From NCBI GenBank assembly GCA_951406725.2, contig OX597827.1, forward strand, positions 43,152,001-43,216,000: 64,000 nucleotides of DNA, written 5' to 3'. Under the pieces are notes generated by a model. The model searched no databases, was not told the DNA's origin, and saw only the letters and a list, made by a program, of their open reading frames with translations. This DNA comes from Octopus vulgaris (lineage: Eukaryota). A program made the position numbers and the translations under genes. Numbering within the stretch: the first letter of the stretch is position 1; the number at the start of each line of letters is the position of its first letter. Below, one piece after another: positions 51,463 to 64,000 of this stretch.

Positions 51463-53039
51463 ACTCACTCACACTCAACTCAGATGCACACTCACACATC
51501 AACTCAGATGCACACACTTAAGGAACCATGCTCTTACTCAGTTATACACTCACCTTCTCATTCACTCACACTTGACTCTGTAATTCACTTGCTCAGTCAG
51601 AAACACGTGCTCAAGCACTCACATGGTCATACACACTCAGCTAGGCACACACTCATCTGCTCAGTTACATACATGCATGCTCAACTCAGTCATAATCACT
51701 TACATGCTAATGGTGTTTCAGCTATGCAACCACTCAACTGCACTCACACTTAGCCACACACTCAGCCATATTCAATTGCTCATCACTCAGTCATACACAT
51801 TTACATTGAACTCAGTCTCACATACTAACACTCAACACAGTCACACACACACACACAACCACATTCACTAACAGTCACCAGTCACACACACACACCTATG
51901 CACACACTAATTAGCGTTGTTTAACTCATCCAACTGCTTACACACAACCCTTACTCAACCACATTCATTCATTCACTCACTGAGTGACACCCTCAACTCA
52001 GCTCCACACACTCGCTTAGTCACATGCTCGTTAACCATCCATTCGCCAGACTCATACAATTAACCAGTTTCTATGTATACAATTCTAAGCCATCAACACA
52101 CCAGCTAACCAACCCACCCACCCACCCACCAACCCACCAACCCACCAACCAAACAATCAATCAATCAATCAATCAATCAATGGTAAAAAAAAAAAAGACA
52201 AAAAATAAAGACAAATTTGTTTCCTGAACACCCACTCTTTGCAATCGACCAATGAAACAGATCTTTTCCGGGAACATATCGGTTGGATATGAATTACATT
52301 GCAAGGTGAGGTGGTGGATCGAAAATTAGTGAAAAGACATTTTTCAGAGACTACAGCTAACAAACAGACAAGAATGCTTGCTTCTGAACGCACCTCTAAT
52401 GCACGCACGCACAAACACACACACACACACACACATATTCATATACACACGAAGGCGTGTACACGCTTACATTCATACACAGGGATGCTTACGTTCACAT
52501 GCTTACGTTCACATGCTCACGTTCACATGCTCATATGCATGTACGTACACGTATGAATGCATACCATGCTCCTATGCATACGCATGAAGGCGTATGCATA
52601 CTCACATGCATGCACAGACAAGAATGGATGCTCGCATATGCACATAAGAATGCATGCACATGCCCATGCATGTATACATACACTTGAATACATACACACA
52701 CCTTCATGCATACATAAATGCATATAATGTTCATACATACATATATATATATATATATATACACGCGTGTGTGCACACACATACACACACGCACACACCT
52801 CATGGTTTTCCAGTAATCAGAATGGTAGTGTGGCAGAATCATTAGAGAGGCTGCAAATAAAGATGTCTTTCGGTATGTAGTCACGTTCTGGCTTCAAATC
52901 ACACCAGCGTTTGATTTAATTTTCCATTCTGTGGCTGGAGTACCTTTTGATTATGGATCTGCTTGATCAAAGCTGACCCACAAGACTAAACAACAATAAC
53001 AAAAGTAATGGCTGCTGCATGCATCACCATCATCATCAT

Positions 53040-53235
53040 CATTATCATGATCATCAGCATTTAATGTCTATGTTCAATGCTGACATGGGCTGGACAGTTT
53101 GACAGGAATCTAATGTGTCTAAGGATAGCATCAAACTCCAGCCTCTGCTTCAGCATGGCTTTTATATCTGGATGTCTTTCCTAACGCCAACCATTCTTCA
53201 GCGTGGACTGGGTGCTTGTTTTCTATGCCCTCTGC
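53040..53235 (-). mobile_element. Repeat family D, degenerate
   Basis: CATTTAATGTC...ATGCTGACATGGGCTGGAC...CTGGATGTCTTTCCTAACGCCAACCA; another relic at ~55852-55960. Confidence 0.65.
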
Positions 53236-53518
53236 ACTATTGAGGTCACTATGCAATTTTCAGGATTCCAAGGACTGCAAGAACTGGGTTGGAGGTGGTC
53301 AGCTTCATGCTAAGGAACAAAAGGATTACTATGGGATAAGGAGGGAGGGGAGCAGAGCAGATCTCAGCAGAGGGATCTGCAAGGCTACACACATCTATTA
53401 AGGAAAAAGTGGGAGTGAGTAACTAAAATCTCATTAACAGTGAGGTAACCTATTTAGTCTTTGGTCCTCAATAAACTATTTATATCTGAACTGGTTGAAA
53501 ACATAACTGCTACAACTA

Positions 53519-54510
53519 TTAACCCTCTTGTTATCATATTTCTAGTGAAATATATTTTTCAAATTATTTTGAAAATAATGTTTTGGGTTGTCTGGAAAGT
53601 TCGTGCCGATTTTTAAAGGAAAGAAAAAGGTCAATAAATACTTGCCATTACATTTTTAATCAACCACACATGAACCATTTTGTTGCTCAATGCGTCTCCA
53701 TCTTTCCTTTAACTTGAAAATACCCTCTTCCCAGAATTGAGGTGGTTTCATGGCAAAGAATTCATCAAGGTATCTTTATGCATCATCCAAGGAATTGAAA
53801 TTTTTACCATGAAGACTATTCTGCAGAGACCTGAATAAGTGGAAATCCGAAGGAGAAATATCTGGTGAATATGGAGGGTAGTGTAACACATCCCAGCCGA
53901 GCTGCACCAATTTTTGTCTGGTTCCCAAAGCATCAAGTGCCGAAAATGAACTTTCTTATCATCCATTTTAAAGGGTTACAGAATTAACACAGGTTATAGG
54001 AACATAAACTATCTTCCACGAAAAGATAGCTTAAACTGTGCTCTAAATGGAGGTGTAGTGAAATCCTATTTTATGGACTCAACCATGTTCTAAATTAAGT
54101 CGAATGGTAAGTTTCTAAAAATCGGCACAAACTTTCCGGACAACCCAATATAATGGAGTGTGTAATAATTTAGTTATTATTAACCGTTTAGTATCTAAAC
54201 CATCCATATCAGCAATAGTCTACATGTTTTATGTTCAAACCAGTTAGATCTGGCCTTTCACACCTACCCTACAATAAAGTGACCCTCCCTCTTTCAGTCA
54301 TGAATGATCATAGGATTGCCCTTAGAAAGATCACTTCTGAGGGAAGTCCAAGCAAGGTTGTTTATGGAAGACTAGTAGTCACTCATGCATACCAACCTCG
54401 ACACTCCATGTTATCTAAGGGATGGTTTTAATTTAGATCATACTAAAACAAGATGTTTTTAATCATAGGGCCAGGGCCAGTCCTAAGTAGGTTAGTATCA
54501 AAAGGGTTAA
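53519..54510. mobile_element. TTAA-flanked piggyBac-like MITE hosting nested insertions
   Basis: TTAA-CCCTCTTGTTAT at the left end and GTATCAAAAGGG-TTAA at the right end (imperfect CCC/GGG TIRs). Confidence 0.5.
53583..54148 (-). mobile_element. Internally deleted mariner transposon (transposase pseudogene)
   Basis: 31-bp TIRs TTGGGTTGTC(T/C)GGAAAGTT(C/T)GTGCCGATTTT with 2 mismatches, TA on the right flank; N-terminal MDDKKVHFRHLMLWE fused out of frame to TRQKLVQLGWDVLHYPPYSPDISPSDFHLFRSLQN...FWEEGIFKLKERWRRIEQQNG (YSPDLAPSD-type motif). Confidence 0.92.
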
Positions 54511-54989
54511 TCTCGGTGTGTTTTTGTGTGTCGGGATGGAATTTCTCTTTATATAAAAATATTGTTGACAAATCAGAAACTTTTTTATTTCTTTTTTATT
54601 TCACGGTTGTTGAAATGCTTCCTGAAATGTTTTTCATAATGTTGAAGAAAGAATTTTGGGTGTTACCCTGGTACCTTATCAAGTATCGTTTTGCTTAAAC
54701 TACATTGATGGTAGTGGTGGTGGCCACAAAAATTCAAAAAAGGTATTTTGGGATGGTGGTGGTAGTGGTGATGATGGCCATAAGAATTCAGAAAGATATT
54801 TTAGGTTGATGGTGGTGGTGGTGGTGGTGCTAGTGGCATTGGTGGGGAGCTGGGTGATGAGTATTATGACTGATGCAGAAATGCTGGAGATGGGTCACTG
54901 ACTCTTCAAGTGTTCTGGGATTGGTTGGAGATATTTCAAAGAAAAACAAAAACACAACAGATACATCGGAACACTAAGTGATTGGTTAT

Positions 54990-55264
54990 CTTTTACCTAC
55001 TCTTTCCAGTCATTGGATTGTGGCCATGCTGGGGCACCAACTTGAAAGGTTTTTAGTCAAACGAATCAATCCCAGTGCATTCATATTTTAGTTAGTTTGC
55101 TTTTTTTGTTGATGTTGTTGTTGTTTTGTTTTTTTAAGTCTTGTACTTATTCTGTTGGTCTCTTTTGCCGAACTGTTTCTTTATGGGAACATAAACGAAG
55201 CAACACCGGTTGTCAGATATGGTTGTCAGACATGGTAGGACAAGGACAGACACAACAACATGTG

Positions 55265-55296
<32 letters not shown>

Positions 55297-55360
55297 CACA
55301 CACTCATGTAAAGATGAAAGACAAAGTTGACCTCAGCGGGATTTGAACTCTGAACGTAAA
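54990..55360 (-). mobile_element. Family B 3' half plus a short family A fragment (55305-55360)
   Basis: TGTGGCCATGCTGGGGCAC...GTACTTATTCTGTTGGTCTCTTTTGCCGAAC; GATGAAAGACAAAGTTGACCTCAGCGGGATTTGAACTC. Confidence 0.7.
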
Positions 55361-55482
55361 GGGCTAGGTAAATTAGATAATGAAGTCTTGTACACAACAC
55401 AATAACTGCAGGAATGTCTTTGATCTTTGGTGGGTTTAATCAGAGTTGACCTGGAACAAAACAACAATAGAAATGGGACACG

Positions 55483-55513
<31 letters not shown>

Positions 55514-56404
55514 GACAATATGTGTTACCCAGAAACAGGAGGAGATATCTTCAGAGAATTTTAAGTCGTGTCTGCTTCACAGAACCTTAACTTATACACC
55601 GCTTTGTGAACTTTTTATGTTTATTAATTTGCCGACAAAGGCCGTCAGTAGTTACAGAGGAATCCAGCGTTTCCCTCTGTGATCGCAGTCTCATGTTTTA
55701 AACAAATGCCTTGCGTTTATTTTACCGTTTCTTTGGCTTTGTTGGCGGAAAGTCGTGAATGAGGCTTGAAAATGAGGTTGATAGCAGGGAATTGTCATTT
55801 GTACTGGTGACAAATGAGTCTTGCATGAAGCGACTGATTCTAATAGAAATGCATCATCATCATCATTTGACGTCTATTTTTCCATGTCAGACAAAATTTG
55901 CTGGGGCAGATTTTTTTTTTTCTGCAGCTGGATGCCCATCCTGTCACTTAACCCCTCATCTGTTTTGAATCTAGGTAATGTTTTCCCCATAGCTAGACAT
56001 GTTTTTCACAGAAGACTAGAAACGAACGACGTCGCTTGTATGACGACGATGAAGACGATGATGATGATGATGGTGGTGGTGGTGATGATGATACTTATTT
56101 ACAGCCATCACATGATGTCTAGTCAAGGGTATGTACATAGACGGACAAAGAGACTAACATAGATAAGTAGATAGATAGAGAGAGAGAGAGAGAGAATGAT
56201 AAGACACCCAGTTAGATAGACAGACAGATGGATGGATAGAGAAAATGGTAAGACAGATTATCAGACAGACAGCTAGAGAGGCAGACAGACAGAGGCAGAC
56301 GTATGGAGAGATGGACAGACAGATTGATTGACAGAGAGAGAGAGAGAGAGAGAGATAGATAGATAGAGACAGACAGACCGGTAGATAGATAGACTGATAG
56401 GTAG

Positions 56405-56495
56405 ATTCCTTCAGTTTCCATCTACCAAATCTGCCCACAAGGCTTTGATAAACCTGGGGCTACAGTAGAAGACACTTGCCAAGGTGCCGCACTGA
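56405..56495 (-). mobile_element. Family B 5' fragment
   Basis: TTCAGTTTCCATCTACCAAATC...GTAGAAGACACTTGCCAAGGTGCCGCA. Confidence 0.7.
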
Positions 56496-56689
56496 AGAAT
56501 ATATGTAGCAAGCAAATAGTTTCCGGAAACATTAAAAATTGGGCCTTTGTTGGATTGTAGGATTGTCTGGTGGCCTGTCTGACAATTCTTAGAATGACAG
56601 TGAATCATGCAAGTGTCTGGGAAGGGGTTCAAATTCAGTTCTGCAGATGACCCCAAAAAGGAAACGGTAAACATATCCACCCATCCATA

Positions 56690-56729
<40 letters not shown>

Positions 56730-57116
56730 GTGCATACATATAAATATATATATTTAAATATATATATATATATATATATGTATAAATAGGTATATATATA
56801 CACATATATATACAAATATATAAATATACACACATACATATGTACATATATATAAATACATAGATGCATACAAATATGTATTCGTGTTTACACACACATA
56901 GAGCCCCCCATACACACACACACATACACGCACAAATAATGTCTTTGGGTGTTTAAATGGAAGAAATTGTACCGAATGCATGCAGTAAAATATATTTGTT
57001 GAAAGAAGATGATTCATTCTGTCACTACTCACATGTGTGCAGTCGCTCGAGCAACAAAGAAGCGCACATGCGTGTGTGTGCATGTGAGCATGCATGCATG
57101 TGCGTGTATGTGTGTG

Positions 57117-57148
<32 letters not shown>

Positions 57149-57709
57149 AGCTGGTGCATATTGTGTATAATAGACACCCTGCACCTCTGTGCCAATCTTG
57201 CATACATTGGCATAAAGTTTAAGAATTTGCAGAAGATTGGACTCCATTGAAATGACCCTGCTTTATTACTGGTACCAACTACATCTACCTCCGCACCCCT
57301 CTCCGCACCCCTCTCCACACACACATGCGTGATATGATGGAATGTTGAGTTTTGGAAGCTTTTGAAGTAAGATGTAGAATATCTTAATAAATTTTAGTCT
57401 GGCGCCCTTACCTTCAAGTTCTGCCTCATCATATCTTACCGTTATTTTCTCTATTCGCTTTTGTTTATTTTTGGGGTTTTTTTTTTGTTTGTTCTTGTAA
57501 TAGTTTGGCTTAATGTGGCTTCGAGCATGAGTGTGTTAACTATGTAAGGAAATATATGCTGTCTTGAAAAATCTACATATACATACATTAACTCGTATTT
57601 GTACATACATATACGTATACACACAGAGGCAGACATACATGAACATATACACACTTATATATACTTGCATACATATATATACATATATTCATACATATGT
57701 ATGTGTGTG

Positions 57710-57800
<91 letters not shown>

Positions 57801-58108
57801 TACACATACATACATATATATTTATACAGATTCATGAAGATGCACATGTGTATATATATATATATATAAACACACATATGTGCGTATAAAGATGGTACAG
57901 GTATGCACTCAAACACACATTACACTGATAAGAAATATTACTTTTTATTCTTTAGTATTTTTTTTTTTGTGCGTATGTGTGTTTTTTTTTTGTTTTTGTT
58001 TTGTATTCTGTGTTAACATCTTGCATCTTATCTGCAATGAATCATCTGCCCCAAGGAATAGGGACGAGGAGGCGATGTTTGGATAGAAAGGAAAGGGCCA
58101 GGAGGGAG

Positions 58109-58139
<31 letters not shown>

Positions 58140-58313
58140 GGTGTTGGTGGTGGTGGCGGAGTTGAGTGAGGTTTCCATGTGTGACGCTGGCTGTTTGATT
58201 TAATATTTTCAGAAAAGGGAAAGAAAGAAACAAAAATACAGATAGGTACATAATGCAACATCAAAGGAACTGGCAAGATTACCTACATATGGCGTTAGAA
58301 TGGTAATAGGAAT

Positions 58314-58380
<67 letters not shown>

Positions 58381-59029
58381 TGTACACATGCATATACACA
58401 CATGCACAGATCCCGCCGGGTGGGGGTGGGGAAGCACAGGAACATCCCTGGGGTAGCTGGGTACATTGAGAGTGAACCTCCTCCCTGCCGCCCTGTGACT
58501 GATGGTTGCACTGCACTGACACAAGACAACCGAAGAATAGAGGAGCGGTGGGAGGAGAGAAAAAGACACAGGCAGAGAGACGGAGAGGCGGGATTGGGTT
58601 GCGGAGATAAGGCGTCGGTCTGTTGGGCTGAAGGAAGAATCAATGATACTTCGAAATTTCATTGATATTGTTATTTAGCCCCAGGTAATTCTCAAATGAG
58701 CCAGACAATGATTGGAGCCAATCAACCCGTGACCATTTTATCATTTTTTTCCAAGTCACCTTATCCAACATGTCCTTTATTAACATGTCTCCAGGTTACC
58801 TTACTTTATCCCTGTCCTCTGTTAATACTACAGGGCATGATTTGAAGGAGGTTTGGCTGCCATTTGTGGTAAATCAAATGATCATGTAGCAACTATTTCA
58901 TTGACTCAGTGTTTCCCTTGTTGCAGCCTAGGGTTAAAGGCATTTGGCTCTTACTGGTCTTTCAGTAAAATGGAAAAACAATAGAATTCTTCAAGCATTG
59001 AACAGAATGGTCTTGCAATATTTATTCTA

Positions 59030-59550
59030 GCTCAAATTCCACTGTGCTCGACTTTGCCTTTCATCCTTTCAGGGTTGATAAATTAAGTACCAGTTATGTA
59101 CTGACGTCATTCTAATCGACTGGCCACCTCCCCCAGAATTTTGGGTCTTGTGCCTTGAGTAGAAAAGAATATTTATCCCAGTTCAAATCCCCACGGTCAA
59201 TTTTAGCCTTTTATGTTTTCGTTTTGTATCTTTTACTTCTTTTAGTCCCTGGATTGTGGTCATGCTGGGGCACTGCCTTGAAGTGCTTGTTTTCAAGCCT
59301 GGTACTTATTCTATTAGTCTCTTTTTGCCAAACTGACACCAGTTGTCAAGCAGTGATAGAGGACAAACACAAGTACAAACACACATACACACACACACAC
59401 ACACACACAAACACATGACAGGCTTCTCCCAATTTCCGTTTACCAAATCCATTCACAAGGTGCAAGGCCTTGGTCAGTCTGGGTGTTATAATAGATGACT
59501 CTTACCCAACGTGTCACCGTGGGGTCAAACCCAAGACCACATGGCTTCTT
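59030..59550. mobile_element. Family A (+, 59030-59170) and degenerate family B (-, 59225-59550)
   Basis: CGACTTTGCCTTTCATCCTTTCAGGGTTGATAAATTAAGTACC; TGTGGTCATGCTGGGGCACTGCC...TTTCCGTTTACCAAATCCATTCACAAGG. Confidence 0.75.
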
Positions 59551-59917
59551 GACCTCAATGCCACACCAGAAGCTGTCTACAGTCCTGGATAGATTAGCAG
59601 GATCGGTTAGACCTTTGGTTGAAATGCTTGGTGACATTTGTACTCAGTCTTTGCATTTAGAGTTCTGACTTTGGTGTGGCATAAGAGCCTTGTTTTTTTT
59701 TTATCTAGCCAGTGTAAGAGAGTACCTTGTAGCAAAAAAGCAATTGAAATGAGGGAACAGAGGACCACTTTGGTATTTTTCTTTCAAAAGTCTTTGATAA
59801 TAAACACATAGCACATAATAAGAAAGTCTCCAGGAATCGTTCACAATGAGATGACAGCATAGAAAGACAGGCCATGCTGGAGCTGTCAACATGCATTTCT
59901 GCGTAGAAGGTACTTTT

Positions 59918-60130
59918 AGGCGGCGAGCTGGCAGAAACGTTAGCACATCGGGCGAAATGTGTAACTGTATTTCGTCTGCCGTTACATTCTGCCGTTACAT
60001 TCTGCCGTTACATTGGTAGGCCCAGGGTTATTACGGAAGACACTTGCCAAAGGTGTCACACAGTGGGACTGAACCCCAGACCATGTGGTAGCAAAGCAAG
60101 CTCCTTAACCTCACAGCTATACCTGCACCT
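59918..60130. mobile_element. Family A head (+) ending in a 13-bp triplication, joined to a family B head (-)
   Basis: GGCGGCGAGCTGGCAGAAACGTTAGC...(CTGCCGTTACATT)x3 at 59976-60014, then GAAGACACTTGCCAAAGG...CAGTGGGACTGAACCC. Confidence 0.8.
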
Positions 60131-61159
60131 ATCAGTTTATCTCTCTCTCTCTCTCACACACAGAAATGTCTCTCTCTCCTAGATACCCTCCGACCCCTAT
60201 CTTTCTGTTTCTGCATGCCCCATCACCCTCCCCTCCATTTTTCTTCTAAACATTATTCTTCAGTGGATCATCTTCCACTTGCCCTCACTCTCTCTCTCTT
60301 TCTCCCTCTCTCTCTCTCTTGCTCTCTCTCTCTCTTTCTCACTCTCTCTTTCTCCCTTTCTCGCTCTCTCTCTCTTTCTCTCGCTCTCTTTCTTTCTTTC
60401 TTTACACATACATGCATGCATACATGTTGTGCACGCACACGTTACATTTCTTTCTTGCAGATCAACCCCCACCCCACTCCTTCATCTCCACCCCCACACG
60501 CATCCTTTTCTCCCTCTTACGCATTACTCGTTTAATTGCTTTTCTGTAGATTGCTCCTCCTTTCTCCTCCTCCTCCTGTCTCTCTCTCCGTCCCTCTCTC
60601 TCTCACACACGCACATTTAATTTTTGTCTTACCCTACACCAGTGCTCTGCACTCTCCCACTTCCCTCTCTCTCTCTTTCTGTCACACACACACACACGCA
60701 CACACACATCACTTTCCTTTTCTGTACGTAACCCACACCCCTTTTCACCCCATTCTCCTCCTCCCCCGCCCCACCTTCTACCACCTCCCTCACCACCACC
60801 ACCCAACCCCTCCCGGCTGCCTCTTCCACGACACGCACCTGTACAACTTTATATTTCAATGCAAGACTCATACCTTAATTGCAATAATCAAATAACGCTC
60901 GCAATTCACTCACAGATTTTTATGCAATAATGTAATTTTCAAAGTGCATTTCATTGAGCACTCTCTCTCACACACACACACACGCACACACACACACACA
61001 CGCACGCACGCACACACACACACACACTATGCATTTAGAATTACATAGCTTTTAATTTAACTGAATACACACACACACATTCACAGTACACTGCTTTTCA
61101 TTTAACAGAGAATTTAAAATTTTACATCCTCATTTTACTTCTTTCTTTCTTTCTTTCCT

Positions 61160-61263
<104 letters not shown>

Positions 61264-61324
61264 TATTTATTTATTTACCTTTCTATGTTTCTCATTTCTC
61301 CTTTTTTTTCTTTATCTTTTATAT

Positions 61325-62000
61325 TTTCACCTGTTTTGCTCATTGGATTACGTCCAAGCTGGAGCACTGCTCTAAAAGCATCTTACTCAAATGAATTGCC
61401 TCCCAGTAACTTATTTGTGTTCTTTTTCTTTTTCTTTTTTTTTTCAAAATCTTATACTTACTCTCTCTCTCACTGCTGCTAGAACTGCCATGTGAAAGGG
61501 ACATAATCAAACCAACACCGGTTGTCAAATGCTGGTGGGTAATGAACACCAAGACACATGCACTCACAGATATGCACACAGATATATAGATAGGTACATG
61601 ATGGGCTTCTTTCAGTTTCCATCTACCAAATCCACTTGCAAAGCTTTGGTAAACCTGGAATAATAGTTAAAAACATTTGCTCAAGGTAACACACAGTGGG
61701 ACTGAACCCAAACTTGTGTGGTCGGAAAGCCAACTTCTTATTCCTTTATTGCCCACAAGGGGCTAAACATAGAGGGGACAAACAAGGACAGACAAACGGT
61801 TTAAGTCAATTACATTGAACCCCCCAGTGCGTAACTGGTACTTATTTTATCGACCCCCGAAAGGATGAAAGGCAAAGTCAACCTTGGCGGAATTTGAACT
61901 CAGAACGCAAGGGCGGACGAAATACCACAAAGCATTTTGCCCAGCGTGCTAGCATTTCTGCTAGTTCACCGCCAATTTCTTACCACACAACCACACCTAT
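61325..62000 (-). mobile_element. Family B copy interrupted near its 5' end by a full-length family A copy (61741-61973)
   Basis: TSD-like AACTTCTTA (61732-61740) and AATTTCTTA (61974-61982); the B head resumes as CCACACAACCACACCT. Confidence 0.85.
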
Positions 62001-62647
62001 ACTTTATTTTTTTGTTTTTTCATATTTTTTTTTGTTTTGTTATTTTCTTCTTGAGTGTTCCTTTCATTTCCACAGGTTTTAAATGAGGTGGGCCTTTAAA
62101 AACAAAACCATAAAAGAACTCTTATCTGGTCGCTCTTCTCTGGCCAGGTTTGAACTCGCGTCGGTCGTGTTCGTTGTCTTTCTTCAGTCCACATCATCAC
62201 CATGCTTTCTTTTTCTCTCCTTCGTTTCTCCTACTCCTCCTCCCCTCCTCCTCCTCCTCCTCCTCTTTCTCCAGTCACTTCTTGATATGATCTTCTTCCT
62301 CCCCCTTCAGTGTGTGTGTGTGTGTGTGTTTCCTTTTGTCAAATACTCTCACCGCACCTTCTACATTTCTCTTATTGCTCTATGTTTTTCTTTTCGCTGA
62401 CCTTACCCCGCTGCCACCACCATCACTCTACCACTACTTCACCCATCCCTCTCTCTCTCTCTCTCTCACCCTTCCCCCCTCTCTCTCTCTATCTCTCTGT
62501 CTATCTATTTATCTATCTTTCCCATTGGTCTTGATTCTGTACATCCAGTTATGTAAATAATAAAAAGTGTGTTTGGCAGTCTTCCCAATGATTTTCTTGT
62601 CTGAATAGTGTTACCGTACATGTGTACATACTTGTGGTTTGTGTGTG

Positions 62648-62684
<37 letters not shown>

Positions 62685-63197
62685 ATATAGATGTGTGTAT
62701 ATGTGTATGTGCATGCATATTTATCTGTGCATACGTATGTGTTTGCAAAGATGTGTATGTACATGTATGTTTGCATATGTATGTGTGTTTACATACGTAT
62801 GTACGTACATACATACGTATATGCAGGTATATGCACTCACACTCGTGTCTGTAATGTGATTATTGTATGTGTGTGTGTGTGTGTGAGTGTGTGTGTGTGT
62901 GTGAGGAGACACGTGTGGTCTGACACATCTCCATACACACACACACACACACATACACACACACAACTGACATAATTTAGCATATAAAAAAAGAGATACA
63001 AAACGAACGTCTGTACACACATACACACACACACACGCACACGCACACATACACACACACACACACGCACACATGTTGTCACAGAGACATCCACTCACAT
63101 GTATGCACGCAGGCCATAAATATTCTCCGTAACCTACCAAGAAAATGGTGTCCGTAATGGTTACGTAAGTGTATGCATTAATGAAAACTGGATGAGA

Positions 63198-63235
<38 letters not shown>

Positions 63236-63416
63236 CATACAGGCAGACAGGCCGACAGACAGATTGAGAAACAGACTGCAGGGTAGAAGTCTGAGAAAGG
63301 GGAGAGAGGTGGTGTTTGTCTGGGAAAGACAAGCGATGGAGCAAATGAGAGAATGAAGAGAAGATAGTTGGGCTGCAGAGTCTGTCTTTCTTTCTTTCTC
63401 TTTCTTTGTTTGTGTG

Positions 63417-63454
<38 letters not shown>

Positions 63455-63458
63455 ACGT

Positions 63459-63497
<39 letters not shown>

Positions 63498-63614
63498 ACT
63501 TTGTCTCTAGTCATACGCATATATTACATAGACTTGTAGTGGTTGAGGAGAAAAAGAGAAAGAGAGAGTGGGGAGAATAATGAGATAGATTTACAATATA
63601 TATATATATATATA

Positions 63615-64000
63615 TAGGTGCAGGCGTGGCTGTGAGGTAAGGAGCTGGGTTTCCAACCACATGGTTCTGGGTTCAGGCCCACTGCGTGGCACATTAGGAG
63701 AATGTCTTCTACTTTAGTCTCAGATGGATTTGGTAGACGGAAACTGAAAGAAGCCCATCATATATATTCATATATATATATACATATATATGTGTGAGTG
63801 TAAATATATGTATATGTTTGTGCATCTCTGTTTGTTCACCCACCGTCGCTTGACAACCAATGTTGGTGTGCTTATGTCCCTGTAACTTAGTGGTTTGGCA
63901 AAAGGGACCGATAGAATAAGTCCTTAGGTCAATTTGTTTGTTCGACTAAAGGCGGTACTCCAGCATGGCCACAGTCATCTGACTGAAACGAGGGAGAAAG
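63615..64000 (+). mobile_element. SINE family B, nearly full length with small deletions
   Basis: TAGGTGCAGGCGTGGCTGTGAGG, GGTTCAGGCCC, tail CTCCAGCATGGCCACAGTCA; follows (TA)n. Confidence 0.85.

Overview
Eukaryotic, non-coding, extremely repeat-dense window. Much of it is simple sequence: (TA)n, (CA/TG)n, (CT/AG)n, (TTA)n, (TCA)n, (CCA)n, (CTA)n, (GATA)n. At least five short interspersed repeat families recur; I label them A-E: three tRNA-headed SINEs with Pol III A/B boxes, one RTE-tailed repeat and one unclassified. There are also decayed RTE- and CR1-type LINE fragments, two internally deleted Tc1/mariner elements, a TTAA-flanked piggyBac-like MITE, Helitron-like 5' ends, hammerhead-like (Penelope-type) relics and several long palindromes. 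The repeat make-up resembles octopus (coleoid cephalopod) intronic/intergenic DNA; this is an inference, not a database match. I found no host protein-coding exon, true tRNA, rRNA or CRISPR array, and nearly all supplied ORFs are microsatellite read-throughs. The most notable signals are a GU-rich ~110-nt hairpin in unique DNA (6383-6490), paired long palindromes (41147-41555), hammerhead-like motifs (46487-46518, 43910-43937), nested insertions with visible target-site duplications (TSDs), a LINE/short-repeat shared tail, and unique islands with clustered transcription-factor motifs. I see no convincing novel protein system. All coordinates were read by eye; repeat boundaries are approximate.
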